A stretch of DNA of 37,676 bases. Origin: an uncultured Gemmatimonadota bacterium (GTDB lineage: Bacteria; SM23-81; DAOVCL01). Below, one piece after another: positions 24,707 to 35,175 of this stretch. The notes beneath the pieces are model-generated. The model saw only the letters and a program-made list of their open reading frames with translations. It did not search any database and had not been told where the DNA came from. Both the position numbers and the translations under genes were made by a program. Position 1 is the first letter of the stretch, and each line of letters starts with the position of its first letter. The stretch is from assembly GCA_964626665.1 (NCBI GenBank), contig CAZVGK010000031.1, positions 1 through 37,676 on the forward strand, in the 5' to 3' direction.

Positions 24707-26323
24707 CTAAAACCGATACCTATACCCCAGGCTGGCCACCCTCTCCCCCTGGGACCCTCCCTGCTTGGTCAGCCTGAAATTGAAGTTAAGGCTTGAGGCC
24801 CGCGAGAAGGCATAGCCAGATCGCAATGTCAGGCTCTGCGACTTGTCCCCCCTCTGCTGGTTTGAGCTGAAGTTGAGGGAGTTGGAGAGCTTTCCCCGGT
24901 AAGCGCGGTGGTTGATCCCCAAGCCATAGAGATAGGTCTTGGTAGTAGAGGATGTAATGGAGGTATCTGCGTAGCTTTTGCCCTTGTTCTGGATATAACC
25001 GAAATTGGGGGAAAGACTCAACCCCTTTCCCAGATTGTGGGTGAGCATAAGCCGTAGATTCTGAGAATCGAAATCGGTGTGGGGGTTCACCTGGTTCCTA
25101 TCCCGGGAGGTCTGGTAAGAATAGGAGAGAACAACCGCCTGGGGATTTCCCGCTAAGCTATAGTTATACCCCGCATTCAAATTATATCCCGTCACTGAGT
25201 TATCGACCTTGCAGGTATCATCTGAGGCATCATTCTTCATCCCCGTGAAGATGTAGCCAGGCGTGAGGGAGAGGCTGGCTGCAGGTCTCCAGGAGAGGTT
25301 AAAGGAGAAGCTGTTCTGCCTGGTGGTGTAATCCTTTTGCCCGGTGAGGTTGTCCCGGAAGGTGGAGAAACTTCCGCTGAAGGCGACCTTGTTCTGCCAC
25401 AGGCCAAACCGGGAGGAGAGATCTATCTTCTGCCGATCATTGGCCAAGGAGGAGAGGCCTAAGGAGGTATAGCCAGGGCCGATGTAGGCATATCCCCCTT
25501 TCAGGTTTGTCCCACCCAACTTCAGGCCCAACTTGATATTGTAGGCATAGTCCACGCTGGTGGAGTGCCGGGGCTTAAAGAGCTTGCTCACCCCCGAGGG
25601 GATCTTCTCCGAGGTGAACTCCGAGCTATGCATATCTCTGGTGTAGGCGCTGGCCGCAAACTCCCCGCTTAAGGAGACCTTCCCCAACTTAGCCCCCAAA
25701 GAGACCCCTCCCACTATATTCTCCTGAGGTGGCTCCACCCCCGCACTGTCCAATGACTTGGGGTCATCCCTTACCTTGAGCAGGTTCAGATCAAGGAGAA
25801 AACCTCCCTCCTTCCCCACTCCCAGTTTCACCCCAGATAGATTCCGCGCATAGGTGGGGCTATCCCCCTTTGTCGCCCGCCGGTTTTGGCCGCTCACCAG
25901 GGAAAGTCGGAAACCACCTGGTCGCAGGTCTATCCCCCCTCCCCGCACAAACTCACCGTTGAGGGTGTATGCGGAGAACTCCGGATAGTTGTCCCCGATA
26001 TGCAGGGTAACCGGGCCAAACCGGGGACTGAGGGAGAGGTGGTTGAAGGGCTGTCTCACCCTGGTCTCCTCGGTGGAGAGCATAAACTCGAAGGGAAAGG
26101 ACATCCCCCAAAAGGAGACGGTAGGGCGGAGGTAGAGCCGAGCGGTAAAGTCGGGATGATCGGTTTTCCCTTCTTTCCTCTGGTAGCTCTCCAGATAGGT
26201 CCCCACCTCCCCGGTCAGCTTAAAGGAGGAGGAGGACCCAACCCTGGGCAAAAAGAGAAGGAGAAGGCCGAGAAGGAGCGATAACCGATAACCGATAACC
26301 GATAACCGATTCTGTTCTCTCAT
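24707..26323 (-). CDS. Outer-membrane beta-barrel protein
   Basis: Signal peptide, amphipathic beta strands throughout, C-terminal LGYRYRF beta-signal; start overlaps the upstream stop (TAATG). Confidence 0.85.
   Translation of the reverse strand: MREQNRLSVIGYRLSLLLGLLLLFLPRVGSSSSFKLTGEVGTYLESYQRKEGKTDHPDFTARLYLRPTVSFWGMSFPFEFMLSTEETRVRQPFNHLSLSPRFGPVTLHIGDNYPEFSAYTLNGEFVRGGGIDLRPGGFRLSLVSGQNRRATKGDSPTYARNLSGVKLGVGKEGGFLLDLNLLKVRDDPKSLDSAGVEPPQENIVGGVSLGAKLGKVSLSGEFAASAYTRDMHSSEFTSEKIPSGVSKLFKPRHSTSVDYAYNIKLGLKLGGTNLKGGYAYIGPGYTSLGLSSLANDRQKIDLSSRFGLWQNKVAFSGSFSTFRDNLTGQKDYTTRQNSFSFNLSWRPAASLSLTPGYIFTGMKNDASDDTCKVDNSVTGYNLNAGYNYSLAGNPQAVVLSYSYQTSRDRNQVNPHTDFDSQNLRLMLTHNLGKGLSLSPNFGYIQNKGKSYADTSITSSTTKTYLYGLGINHRAYRGKLSNSLNFSSNQQRGDKSQSLTLRSGYAFSRASSLNFNFRLTKQGGSQGERVASLGYRYRF
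26279..26310. repeat. Heptamer tandem repeat (CGATAAC)x4.5 in the signal-peptide coding region
   Basis: Read directly from the sequence. Confidence 0.9.
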
Positions 26324-28365
26324 TACTTCTTCTCCTTTTTAAGCTGTCCCTTGAAGACCTTGGAGAAGGAGGATTTGTTCCCTGAGCTATCGTAGGCCCG
26401 CAGCTTGTAGTAGTATTTCACCCCGGGGGTTACCTTCTTATCCACGAATCTTGCCTCCCCCTTAATCAAGGGGCTTACCTGCAGGAAGTTGCCCTTCTTC
26501 CTGATGGACCGGAAGATGACATATCCCCACAACGACTCATCCTTTCCCCTCTCCCAGCTTATCACTAAGCTGGTATCCTGGGGGCTGGGGGTTATCCTCA
26601 CCCTTTGCGGAACCTGAGGAGGGGTCTTGTCATAGGGCCTGCCGGCAATGGGCCGGGAACGGGGGGAGATGTTCTTGGCCCGATCAACCGCCTCCAAGGT
26701 ATAACGGTAGAGGACCCGTGATTTAACCTTACGGTCGGCAAAGCTGGTGGCCTCAGGGGAAAGGGGGTTGGAGGTCAGCCTCCCCCAGCTTGTGTCACCG
26801 TCACTTTGGCGGTAGAGGTTGTAGCCGGCGACATCCCTCTCCGGGTTGGGATACCACCTCAGGGTGATGCTTCCATCGGAGGAGGTTACCCCCTTGAATA
26901 TGGGGGCCGTGGGCGGGGTGACATCGGGAAGCCTTACCTCGACCACCTGGGAGGGTTGGCTCTCGTTGTAGTTGTTGTCTAAGGCCTTGATGCGATAATA
27001 GAAGGGGTTGGAAGCCTCCTTGGTCAGCTTGTCCACATAGGTAGTGTCGTAGACCGGGCGGTCGGTAAGCCTCAGATATTGCTTGGCATCCCGCTTCAGC
27101 GACCTAAAGACCACATAGCCGTTGAGGTCTTCCTCCTTGTTTGGTTTCCAGCTCAGGATGACCTCCCCAGGTCGGGAGGTTGCTTTCAGGCCTACGGGAG
27201 GCACTGGAGGGACATCATCGATCACATTGGCTAGGGCCACATAGGACTTGCCGCTCTCATTGCCCGCCGAATCAAATGCCGTGACATAATACCAGAGGGA
27301 GATCCCCAAGGGCAGACCACTCTCCTGGTAGGTAGTCGCCCCCTTGGGCAGAGGCTTTTTGTTTATCTTGTGGAAGCTTCCTCTATAATCCCTTCCCCGA
27401 TAGACATTGTATCCTGCCACATCCGGCTCGGGTGACCCCTGCCAGCTAAGGGCGACCGTATCCTTGTCCACCTTTGTTCTTAAGCCCAGAGGGGCCAATG
27501 GGGGGGTGAGGTCAACCGGGGTGGCACTCAGCCTCTCCGATTCTGCGCTCTGTCGGCCAAAGGCATCGATCCCCTTGAGATAATACCAGTAGGTGTGGCC
27601 ATTTTTCACCTTGGAGTCGGCAAAGACGAACTCCGGCACTACCTCCATTCCCGTGGTGTCCGTGGTGGTGAGGATAATAATCGGTGCGGTGTTTATCCGC
27701 TCGTATTTCCCATCCTTCCTATCGCTGCGGTAGAGGTCATAGGCGGAGAAGCGGGGTTCCTTGAACCAGCGGAAGGAGACCACCCCATCTCCGGCCTGGG
27801 CAAAGAAGCCCAAGGGAGCGGTGATGGGAAGATAGTCTTTTAAACCTATCGGCCTTGGGATGGTGGCCAACCTCCTCTCCTTATCTTTGGCATCAATCTC
27901 AGTAAGCCGGTAGCGATAGCTTTTCCCCTTCTCAACCGTTTTATCCTCCCACCTCAGCCCTAAGACATCGGCCACCTGGGGGCTGATGTCCGCATAGAGC
28001 AGGAGAAATGATCTGCGGTTCTCCTCCTCAAGCTTGCGTCTCCTCTTGCTCTTGTATTCCAGGGGCGAGGGGGAGATGAGGTTGATTACCCTCTTGAAAA
28101 GCTCATCACCCAACCTCTCCTTGAGAACCTTCTCATCGGTTATCTTCACCAGAGGAGTGGGATTGAGCTTGGTCCAGGTTTTGGCCCCCGCCTCCTGGCG
28201 GTAGAGGTTGAAACCACCTGGGGGGAAACCCTTCTCCGGGATAACCCACCTCAGAATGATGGACTGTCTATCCGCCCCGGCCAGGAGGGGAAACCCCTTA
28301 GCCCACAAGACCGAGGGGACCATAAAAAGTAAGAAAAACGGTATTGTAAAGGTTGCCTTCCTCAT
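26323..28365 (-). CDS. Secreted multi-fibronectin type III protein
   Basis: Signal peptide; about 6 repeats of D.TPP..P...L.W...GY..YR...D...Y.Y...A.D..GN.S. Confidence 0.92.
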   Translation of the reverse strand: MRKATFTIPFFLLFMVPSVLWAKGFPLLAGADRQSIILRWVIPEKGFPPGGFNLYRQEAGAKTWTKLNPTPLVKITDEKVLKERLGDELFKRVINLISPSPLEYKSKRRRKLEEENRRSFLLLYADISPQVADVLGLRWEDKTVEKGKSYRYRLTEIDAKDKERRLATIPRPIGLKDYLPITAPLGFFAQAGDGVVSFRWFKEPRFSAYDLYRSDRKDGKYERINTAPIIILTTTDTTGMEVVPEFVFADSKVKNGHTYWYYLKGIDAFGRQSAESERLSATPVDLTPPLAPLGLRTKVDKDTVALSWQGSPEPDVAGYNVYRGRDYRGSFHKINKKPLPKGATTYQESGLPLGISLWYYVTAFDSAGNESGKSYVALANVIDDVPPVPPVGLKATSRPGEVILSWKPNKEEDLNGYVVFRSLKRDAKQYLRLTDRPVYDTTYVDKLTKEASNPFYYRIKALDNNYNESQPSQVVEVRLPDVTPPTAPIFKGVTSSDGSITLRWYPNPERDVAGYNLYRQSDGDTSWGRLTSNPLSPEATSFADRKVKSRVLYRYTLEAVDRAKNISPRSRPIAGRPYDKTPPQVPQRVRITPSPQDTSLVISWERGKDESLWGYVIFRSIRKKGNFLQVSPLIKGEARFVDKKVTPGVKYYYKLRAYDSSGNKSSFSKVFKGQLKKEKK

Positions 28366-28384
28366 CTTTCCCTCCTTACGGTTT

Positions 28385-31300
28385 CTACCAACGGTTAAGC
28401 TTATCCTCCGGTATGGTTATGTTGAACCTACCATAACGCTGGCTAATTGGCTCCGGCTGCCCGAGGGAATTTGGATCAATCGGACGGTAATGGAGAATGA
28501 CCTGAAAGTTGCTGGGAACCGGCCATCCCTGCTGATCCAAGGCATTCCACAGGCTCTGCTTCTCCTCATCGGAGAGGGTGTTATCAGTAACACCCCAATG
28601 CTGAAGTGTCCAACTGGGGAACTGCGCCCGAATATAGTCGAGATCGGGCACAAATTGAACAAGATAACCACAGTAGTGCCTGATGGCATGCATAGGGCCG
28701 ATGCCATAGATCTCATTGCTTTCGTGATGAACTCCCGTTAGATAAACATTTGCCGTGATGTGCACGGGGGCTGGAAAAATAACGCTACCGTAACCCCAGT
28801 TGTTACCCGTCCAAAATTTCCAAAAGGTAAATACGTTACGGTTAACTGTAATCTCCACATTCCCAAGGTACATAGGTTCAAAAACAATCTTTTCTATATC
28901 TCTCCAGTTTATCGGCTCTACCGTGTGGAAATAACAAACCTGAAAGAACTGATAAGGAGGAATCTGGGTCACGCCTAAGCCCAAATGTGGGTTCTTATCC
29001 GATGCCTCCATCATATCATGGAAATTCTCATAGGCGGAGGTCTTGAAGGCCAACTTGTAAACCTCCTCCCCGGTCCCTATCTTGGTCACTCTCAATTTAT
29101 ATTCCGTGTTGGGAAGCCAGTGTGATCCTCCAGCTTGCCGGCAAAAGGCTTCAGCGTGGATCCTTTGGTGGTTGTTTTTCCATCGAGCAGCGCCCATACC
29201 GCCCCAGTCTATTACTTCCTGCCATTCCCCGTTAACCTTTTTGTAAATACCCGGCTTGTAGCCCGATGGCATTCTGGCAAAGAAGTTGACATCCACATCC
29301 GAGTTGGTATAAACCCACTTCTGCCCGGAACGAGGATAGGACGATTCCACATACTGATTCCACCTCGTAGCCTCATCCCCTGTGTAAAAAGTTGACCAGA
29401 ATTCGGTTTGGCCAACGTCATTCCAGTATCCACTGTGGCCCCACCTTTTCTGCATCCAGGCATGGATCCGCATCTTATATTGGGAATGCGGCATCAACAG
29501 ATCTCGAGGGTGAAAATAGCACTGTGTGCTATCCTCTGTGAGGCCCTGATCGCGGAAGGCAACTGCCACTCCATTCCCCGGCTGCGGGTAGTAATATAAC
29601 TCGATATAAGTAAAGACGACCCTATACTCCATATCTCCCTGACCAAGTATTTTCCACGCCTTGAAGGGAAATCTCCCTGTAAGCTTGATCCCTAATGGCA
29701 CATCCTCGGTCCCGTCAGCCGGATAGTTGGAGACTATGGCCGGTGGGAGCTCCACCTCACCTCCTCCGCCTACAGAACCCTCCTCCGACTCCCACGAGAA
29801 GGACATACTAAAGCTGCCGGAGACCAGGCCCCCGAGCACACTATAGTGGGCCGAGACACTTCCCCAGATGCGAGTGGGGTTAGGGGCCCTCACCCCCAAG
29901 TTGGCCGCCACACCGGCATTAATAATGTCAAAATCCGATCCGAAGACATGCACCCCGGCTCGCACATCAAGCCAGGCGGCCACCTCCCCATAGATAAAGA
30001 ATGGATTATACCCCACAGCCACATCGGCGCTAAACCCGGCATCCAGATACCCATAGAAGATCCACCAACTGCCTCCCGCGTGCAGCGCATATTTAAAGCC
30101 CAAGGCTATCCCGTGGTTGTCTATGTCAAAGTATCCGTGACAGGTGAAGATATAGAGAGCCTTAACGCTGATCGGGGAGTCCTTCGTGCCGATGTGGAAA
30201 TACCACTCGTCAGCCGAGAACTTCATATCTGCATAGGCAAAACCACCTCCCGAGGCTGGGATCCTCACTATCCCGCCATACCTTATCTTTACACCCAAGG
30301 AAGCGGTGAAGACGAAGGGATCGGTCTGCACATCGATATCCGTTACGATCCTGAACTGGTCTGACCTGGCCGTCCTGCTGGTGAACAACCAACTCTCCCC
30401 GTGGAAATGTATCTCCTTTAATCCCCAAGTCGAGGTGAAGCTGATCTCAAACATCAAATCCGCATTCCAGGTATAGCCCTGATCGCTGGATGTCCCCAGG
30501 ACAGCCATAGCCTTGAAACCAAACCCCATTGATCGGTCGGGGATGTACTCGCTGTCTCCGGCGTATTGCCCGGCGCTGGTGGTGTCTACTCGGCGACAGT
30601 GGTAATAGACCCCTCCCCCCAGGCCATAGAGGCTAACCGGCAGTGCACCCAGGGGAAGCCCGGCATTCAGGTTCCCCTTAGCCCCCACATACCAGTAGTT
30701 ATAACGATTATTCTGAGGACCAGCCGTCCCTATCTTTAGGGCAGCCCAAACATCAAACTGATCCTTCACGGAGAGCTCCGTCTCAGCGGCAAAACCAGTC
30801 CCATAAGTAGGGTGATTGTCATAGAATTTTATCTCGGCGTAGAATTTCAAAGGATTCCGATCATAGTCTATGCTCAACCCCGCTACGGTCGTTCCGTCAT
30901 ATACCCACTCACCACCCTGCTTTTTGGAGAGAATCTTAAATGTTCCTTCTGCATCGGCCGTGGAAAGTGGGTCGGGGAGAACGAGAGCAGCCTTCATGCC
31001 AAACCACCTTTCATCCTCCCCTAAGCCGAATCCAATCCCAGAAATGCCAATTTCGAAGAAGTAAAAGTCCGCGTTGGGCATTTCACTCAGGTCTATCCAG
31101 GCTCCCCCTCCGGAGAGCTTTAGCTGGCCCTCTGAGGTTATTCCCAGACCTTCGAAGTAGATTGCTTCAGTCGTAATATCCGTCAAATCAATATGAAACT
31201 GCCCATCTATAGTCACCATTCCCACCCCTCCAGAGTAGGAGAAGTGGCCTCTGGTAATGATGAGGTGCATTCCCCAATCCTCTAACTGAATGGGGTCTCC

Positions 31301-33217
31301 AGGGATAAGGGTGAGATCATCCAACCCTGTGGCGGTGATGGTTATGGAGAAGCCATAGTCCGATTCCAGGAAAGGGACGGTGAGCTTCCCCTTTATTTTC
31401 CCCCTCTCCACTGTATTGTTCACCAGGGTGAGGTAAACCGAATCTATCTTGGCGCCAAAACCTCCATATTTTACATTCGGTGGCACCGCGGGAGGAAGAA
31501 CGTCCCCCTGCATTCCCCCGCTTCCAATACCAAACCCTCTGACGTTGATGGGAACAGCCGGTAGCTCAGGCAAATCGGGATCGATGCTTTCAAATATATC
31601 TGGGAGGACAAGCTTGGCTGAGCCGACATATACCCCCATAAAGTTAGGTTGCATATCGTCAGGTGATTGGGTGTTTGAGAGGTCAAGGATCAACTCCTTC
31701 ACTTCAACGGCCAGATCCGTCTCCCCTATCTTGAGCGCAGGCATCGTCACCTCCTCAGGCAAGGTCAGGTAGAAATCCCTACCAAGGAGATCAACATCGT
31801 CAATAATAAATGAGACAGTTTGATTGTCTATGTTCTTAACCATAGATGGAAGGGTGACCTCAAGATCTATGAGGCTTGATATGCTGTGGCCCAAGGTTAC
31901 ACTTGAGCCTGATTTGAAGACCAAGCCAAAACCCATAGGGTCAACCAGGTCAAAGGGTATGTCAGCTTCCAGTTCAAAGGTCCCGGAGAGGCCATCCGGG
32001 GTAATCTTGATGTTGTTCAGCTCAAAACTAAGTTGGTTGCCCCCTGAAGTTGTTATGGGAAGATTAAATCTCAGGCTCCCATTACAATTTGCCGAGTCGG
32101 GCAGAAAGGTGATGCTATCCAGATAGAGATGGGCAAAGTCGGCCTCTGCCTCCAAAGGGGGGATAGCAGTGAAGGTGACGGAGCCTGAGGTAACTTCCAT
32201 ATTTTCGTTGAGTTGCAGTCCACTGAAACTGACCTCTATCTGTTGATTGCTAAGGAAGGGTATATCTACGGTTCCTGATCCAGAAAAGTTATCTGGGGAG
32301 GGATCGGTCACCTCGGTAATTGCGACGGTGAAATCGCCAATTTGGATCTCCTCCGGTGGTTGAGGGCCCCCAGGTTGGTATCCCGGCGGCCAATAGGTAA
32401 AGGTCCAGATCTGGCTTCTTCCTTGGTTTGAGCTCACCGGATAGCCGTATTGGTCCTTGGCCTGTATCTGCCAGACATAGCTCTTCCCCTCTTCTAAAGC
32501 AGGGGCACTTAGGGGATAGATGAGGAATGTCCGAGACTGCACGCTAACCTGATAAACCGGATAGTTAGACCTGATGGCCGCACTGGGTCGCTGGCCGGGG
32601 AGAAGCTCACATATCTTTAGATGGTAGGTGAGCTGGTAATCCGGGGGGACGATCACTGGCGTCCACTGGAAGTTAGGGTAGGGAGAGCTCAGGGAGTCAC
32701 CATCTGCGGGCAGGATAAGGGAAGGGGGATTGGGGTAAATGATGGAGAAATCTCGGCACTCCGGCCCCACCGTTTTATTTCCGACAATTACCCCCACACA
32801 GATGGTATAGGTACCCTCTGGTAACCTCCCTGTCCTAATGATGTTCGACTCTATCCTCGTATCATACTTCACATCTCCCCAGTCAATCAGCTCCGGGGAA
32901 TAGATGGAGGTGAACCCTGGCCGAAGGGCAATGGGCTGGCTTCTTCCTGTTAAGATCGACTGATGTCTTCCAAAACGGTATGTAATCTTTCTGGTTATAG
33001 TCAGGGTCAGGGTAACATCAACGGATTGTGTGGATGGGTTGTTGAGGATGAGCTCAGCATATTTAGGATTCCACTCCCAGTCACTCACATAGGGAGAGGG
33101 ATAGGGATCAACTTTAAACTGCTGGATCTCCACCTGAGCTAAGGCGGCCCCGGTGAAACCCAAAAGTAGCACCCCCATAAGTGCGAATATCGTTAACCTT
33201 TGTCGAGTAGACATCAT
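28385..33217 (-). CDS. 1610-aa secreted protein with TANFOR-like N-terminus, FN3/Ig-like domains and long beta-rich core
   Basis: Signal peptide (AALA-Q); PYPSPYVSDW...LPEGTYTICV; PPSLILP..G...FQWTP...LEEGKSYVWQIQA; Gly/aromatic beta-strand core; Big_5-like IVSNYPADG..DVP. Confidence 0.85.
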   Translation of the reverse strand: MMSTRQRLTIFALMGVLLLGFTGAALAQVEIQQFKVDPYPSPYVSDWEWNPKYAELILNNPSTQSVDVTLTLTITRKITYRFGRHQSILTGRSQPIALRPGFTSIYSPELIDWGDVKYDTRIESNIIRTGRLPEGTYTICVGVIVGNKTVGPECRDFSIIYPNPPSLILPADGDSLSSPYPNFQWTPVIVPPDYQLTYHLKICELLPGQRPSAAIRSNYPVYQVSVQSRTFLIYPLSAPALEEGKSYVWQIQAKDQYGYPVSSNQGRSQIWTFTYWPPGYQPGGPQPPEEIQIGDFTVAITEVTDPSPDNFSGSGTVDIPFLSNQQIEVSFSGLQLNENMEVTSGSVTFTAIPPLEAEADFAHLYLDSITFLPDSANCNGSLRFNLPITTSGGNQLSFELNNIKITPDGLSGTFELEADIPFDLVDPMGFGLVFKSGSSVTLGHSISSLIDLEVTLPSMVKNIDNQTVSFIIDDVDLLGRDFYLTLPEEVTMPALKIGETDLAVEVKELILDLSNTQSPDDMQPNFMGVYVGSAKLVLPDIFESIDPDLPELPAVPINVRGFGIGSGGMQGDVLPPAVPPNVKYGGFGAKIDSVYLTLVNNTVERGKIKGKLTVPFLESDYGFSITITATGLDDLTLIPGDPIQLEDWGMHLIITRGHFSYSGGVGMVTIDGQFHIDLTDITTEAIYFEGLGITSEGQLKLSGGGAWIDLSEMPNADFYFFEIGISGIGFGLGEDERWFGMKAALVLPDPLSTADAEGTFKILSKKQGGEWVYDGTTVAGLSIDYDRNPLKFYAEIKFYDNHPTYGTGFAAETELSVKDQFDVWAALKIGTAGPQNNRYNYWYVGAKGNLNAGLPLGALPVSLYGLGGGVYYHCRRVDTTSAGQYAGDSEYIPDRSMGFGFKAMAVLGTSSDQGYTWNADLMFEISFTSTWGLKEIHFHGESWLFTSRTARSDQFRIVTDIDVQTDPFVFTASLGVKIRYGGIVRIPASGGGFAYADMKFSADEWYFHIGTKDSPISVKALYIFTCHGYFDIDNHGIALGFKYALHAGGSWWIFYGYLDAGFSADVAVGYNPFFIYGEVAAWLDVRAGVHVFGSDFDIINAGVAANLGVRAPNPTRIWGSVSAHYSVLGGLVSGSFSMSFSWESEEGSVGGGGEVELPPAIVSNYPADGTEDVPLGIKLTGRFPFKAWKILGQGDMEYRVVFTYIELYYYPQPGNGVAVAFRDQGLTEDSTQCYFHPRDLLMPHSQYKMRIHAWMQKRWGHSGYWNDVGQTEFWSTFYTGDEATRWNQYVESSYPRSGQKWVYTNSDVDVNFFARMPSGYKPGIYKKVNGEWQEVIDWGGMGAARWKNNHQRIHAEAFCRQAGGSHWLPNTEYKLRVTKIGTGEEVYKLAFKTSAYENFHDMMEASDKNPHLGLGVTQIPPYQFFQVCYFHTVEPINWRDIEKIVFEPMYLGNVEITVNRNVFTFWKFWTGNNWGYGSVIFPAPVHITANVYLTGVHHESNEIYGIGPMHAIRHYCGYLVQFVPDLDYIRAQFPSWTLQHWGVTDNTLSDEEKQSLWNALDQQGWPVPSNFQVILHYRPIDPNSLGQPEPISQRYGRFNITIPEDKLNRW

Positions 33218-33284
33218 ACCTCCTTGATTTTCTTTTGAGGTGGCAGAAGCCCTCTTCTGCCACTTTTCCTGTCCTGTCAGGTCT

Positions 33285-33356
33285 CTTTTGTGCCGTCAGG
33301 GCTCTGCCCTGACGGAAAAAGAATTTTTTTCTGGATGATAACATCCACAAAGAGCA
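33285..33356 (+). repeat. 72-bp direct repeat, copy B
   Basis: Matches 24580-24651. Confidence 0.85.
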
Positions 33357-33773
33357 AAAGCATAATTTTCGCCCTCTCCTTAGTCCTCCCCCATGAAGGG
33401 GGAGGAGACCTCTTGGATACCCCGCGCTGTGGGCAGAGGCCTTCACTGGAGGTAACACTGGAGATTCAAATTGTCAAAAACCATTAACGGGCTAAAGCCC
33501 TATCAACCCCGGCTAAAGCCGGGTAGAAAAAAACCTGTAGCGTTGAGTAGCTTTTTTACTGTCTGTGAAATCATTGTAATCCGTGGCCCTTGTTTGGTAG
33601 CAACCACAAAGCCCCTAAGATCGCAAAGGAAATAAAAAAGCAAAAGAGAGATGAAATAAAACGATTGATTAATAATCTTTAAACTTTGCGTCCTTTGCGA
33701 CTTTGCGGTGAATTATTTGGTTGCGGCTTTGTCGCGCTATGTGTCTCCGGGGTAGACTGTCCTACCCTCAGGT

Positions 33774-33989
33774 TTATCCCATCAATGATCTGATCTCCTC
33801 TAAGGATAATCCCTTATCCTTGAGCCTAAGTATCTCCCTTAGCTTTGAGAGGTTTTCCTCGGTGAAGATGCGATAGCCCGCATCCGAAGAGTGGGCCACA
33901 TCCAAGAGCCCCAACCTGACATAATAGTCAACTTTGCTCGGCCTTACCCCCACCTCATCTGCCAGTTCTCGTAGCGTATATAACTTCAA
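33774..33989 (-). CDS. Short MerR-family HTH protein
   Basis: YTLRELA..VGV....YY...GLL....GYRIF...L..I..LK..GLSLEEI; TTG 33989 after GGAGGA. Confidence 0.88.
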   Translation of the reverse strand: MKLYTLRELADEVGVRPSKVDYYVRLGLLDVAHSSDAGYRIFTEENLSKLREILRLKDKGLSLEEIRSLMG

Positions 33990-34124
33990 TAATCCTCCAA
34001 TGAAAGGTCTCTGAATCTTCCTAATCGTTCTCTTGCCGTCAGGTGAGGGCACCTGACGGCTCGGTAGGATCTTGACAATCTGCGTTTATCTGCGTCCCAA
34101 AATGGGATTTTCTATACTATTCAC

Positions 34125-35036
34125 CTACTTGATGCTCATCTTCTGCAACCCCTGCGGGAGTGCGAACTGGGAGTCCTTGATGGAGGTGGACTTAACCTCT
34201 GTAACCACCATATGGATAGTAAAGATAGGCTTGTTTCCGGTCTTCATCGCCTCCATCATACCCTTCATCTGAGCGGGCATTTCCTCCTCCTCCCCTTCCT
34301 CCTCACCCTCTTCCTCGACAAAATTCCCCTTCATCTTCATAGAGGCATCCATAAGGATGGGGAACCCCCCTATTTCATTCATCTTCTTGGTGAACTCCTC
34401 CATCTGGTCCTTCTGTGTTCCAGAGAAGAACTTATCTATGAAGCTCGTGGAGGAACCTCCCGTCTTCTCTGAAAGCTTCTTTTGAAAGTTGTTTAACTCC
34501 TTTAATCTCTTCTCCCCCTTGGTTATCCAGAGATCACCGGACATCGAATATGAGATCTTCTCCCCCGTCTCATCATCTATCGCCTCCCCCTCCATAGTCA
34601 TTATCACCTTCTGGCACTTGAACCCATTTATCAGCTTGCTCTCTTTCGTCTGCTTCACCGCAAACTTGGGTAGGTTGACCTTAGCCTGGCCTTTAGCTTT
34701 TTCCTCAGCAGGTTGAGGAGCGAACATCTCCTTTAATGGCGTCTCCTTATAGGTTTTCGTATCCGGGGAGATGGTCCAGACAACATCCTTGTCCAGCCTG
34801 ATAATGGTAATCCCACCCGTTCCCGGCACCCTCATCGTTTTACCCGGTGGGGAAATCATCTCCGTCCTTTGCTTATCCCCTTTGACAAAGGTAGTTGTCT
34901 GGAACTCCATTTGCATCATCCCCCCCATCATCTCCATCTTCATCCTCTGCTTGTAGACCACATCAGCCCACAAGGAGCTTACCATCATCAGACAACCAGC
35001 TATGGCCAGTGTCAAAGATAACTTCTTGCCTCTCAT
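34125..35036 (-). CDS. Secreted DUF4412-like protein
   Basis: Signal peptide; IIRLDK..VW......KTY and K.INGFKC motifs; RBS AAGGAGG. Confidence 0.8.
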   Translation of the reverse strand: MRGKKLSLTLAIAGCLMMVSSLWADVVYKQRMKMEMMGGMMQMEFQTTTFVKGDKQRTEMISPPGKTMRVPGTGGITIIRLDKDVVWTISPDTKTYKETPLKEMFAPQPAEEKAKGQAKVNLPKFAVKQTKESKLINGFKCQKVIMTMEGEAIDDETGEKISYSMSGDLWITKGEKRLKELNNFQKKLSEKTGGSSTSFIDKFFSGTQKDQMEEFTKKMNEIGGFPILMDASMKMKGNFVEEEGEEEGEEEEMPAQMKGMMEAMKTGNKPIFTIHMVVTEVKSTSIKDSQFALPQGLQKMSIK

Positions 35037-35094
35037 TGGAATCCTCCTTTGGTTTAAATGTTGCCCCTAAAATATAGCAGTAGGTTCTAATAGC

Positions 35095-35133
35095 CACATG
35101 AACTTAGCATGCGAAGCGAGCTAAGTTCATGTG
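35095..35133. repeat. 14-bp perfect inverted repeat (hairpin)
   Basis: CACATGAACTTAGC / GCTAAGTTCATGTG between the LOG and DUF4412-like genes. Confidence 0.75.
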
Positions 35134-35175
35134 AAGAAGAATCCCTCCTTCTGGTTTTATTGCCTTTAATGTGCA

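Noticed and set aside
33990-34052. N-terminal extension of the MerR ORF
   Set aside because: Runs through a REP-like hairpin; the RBS supports a start at 33989.
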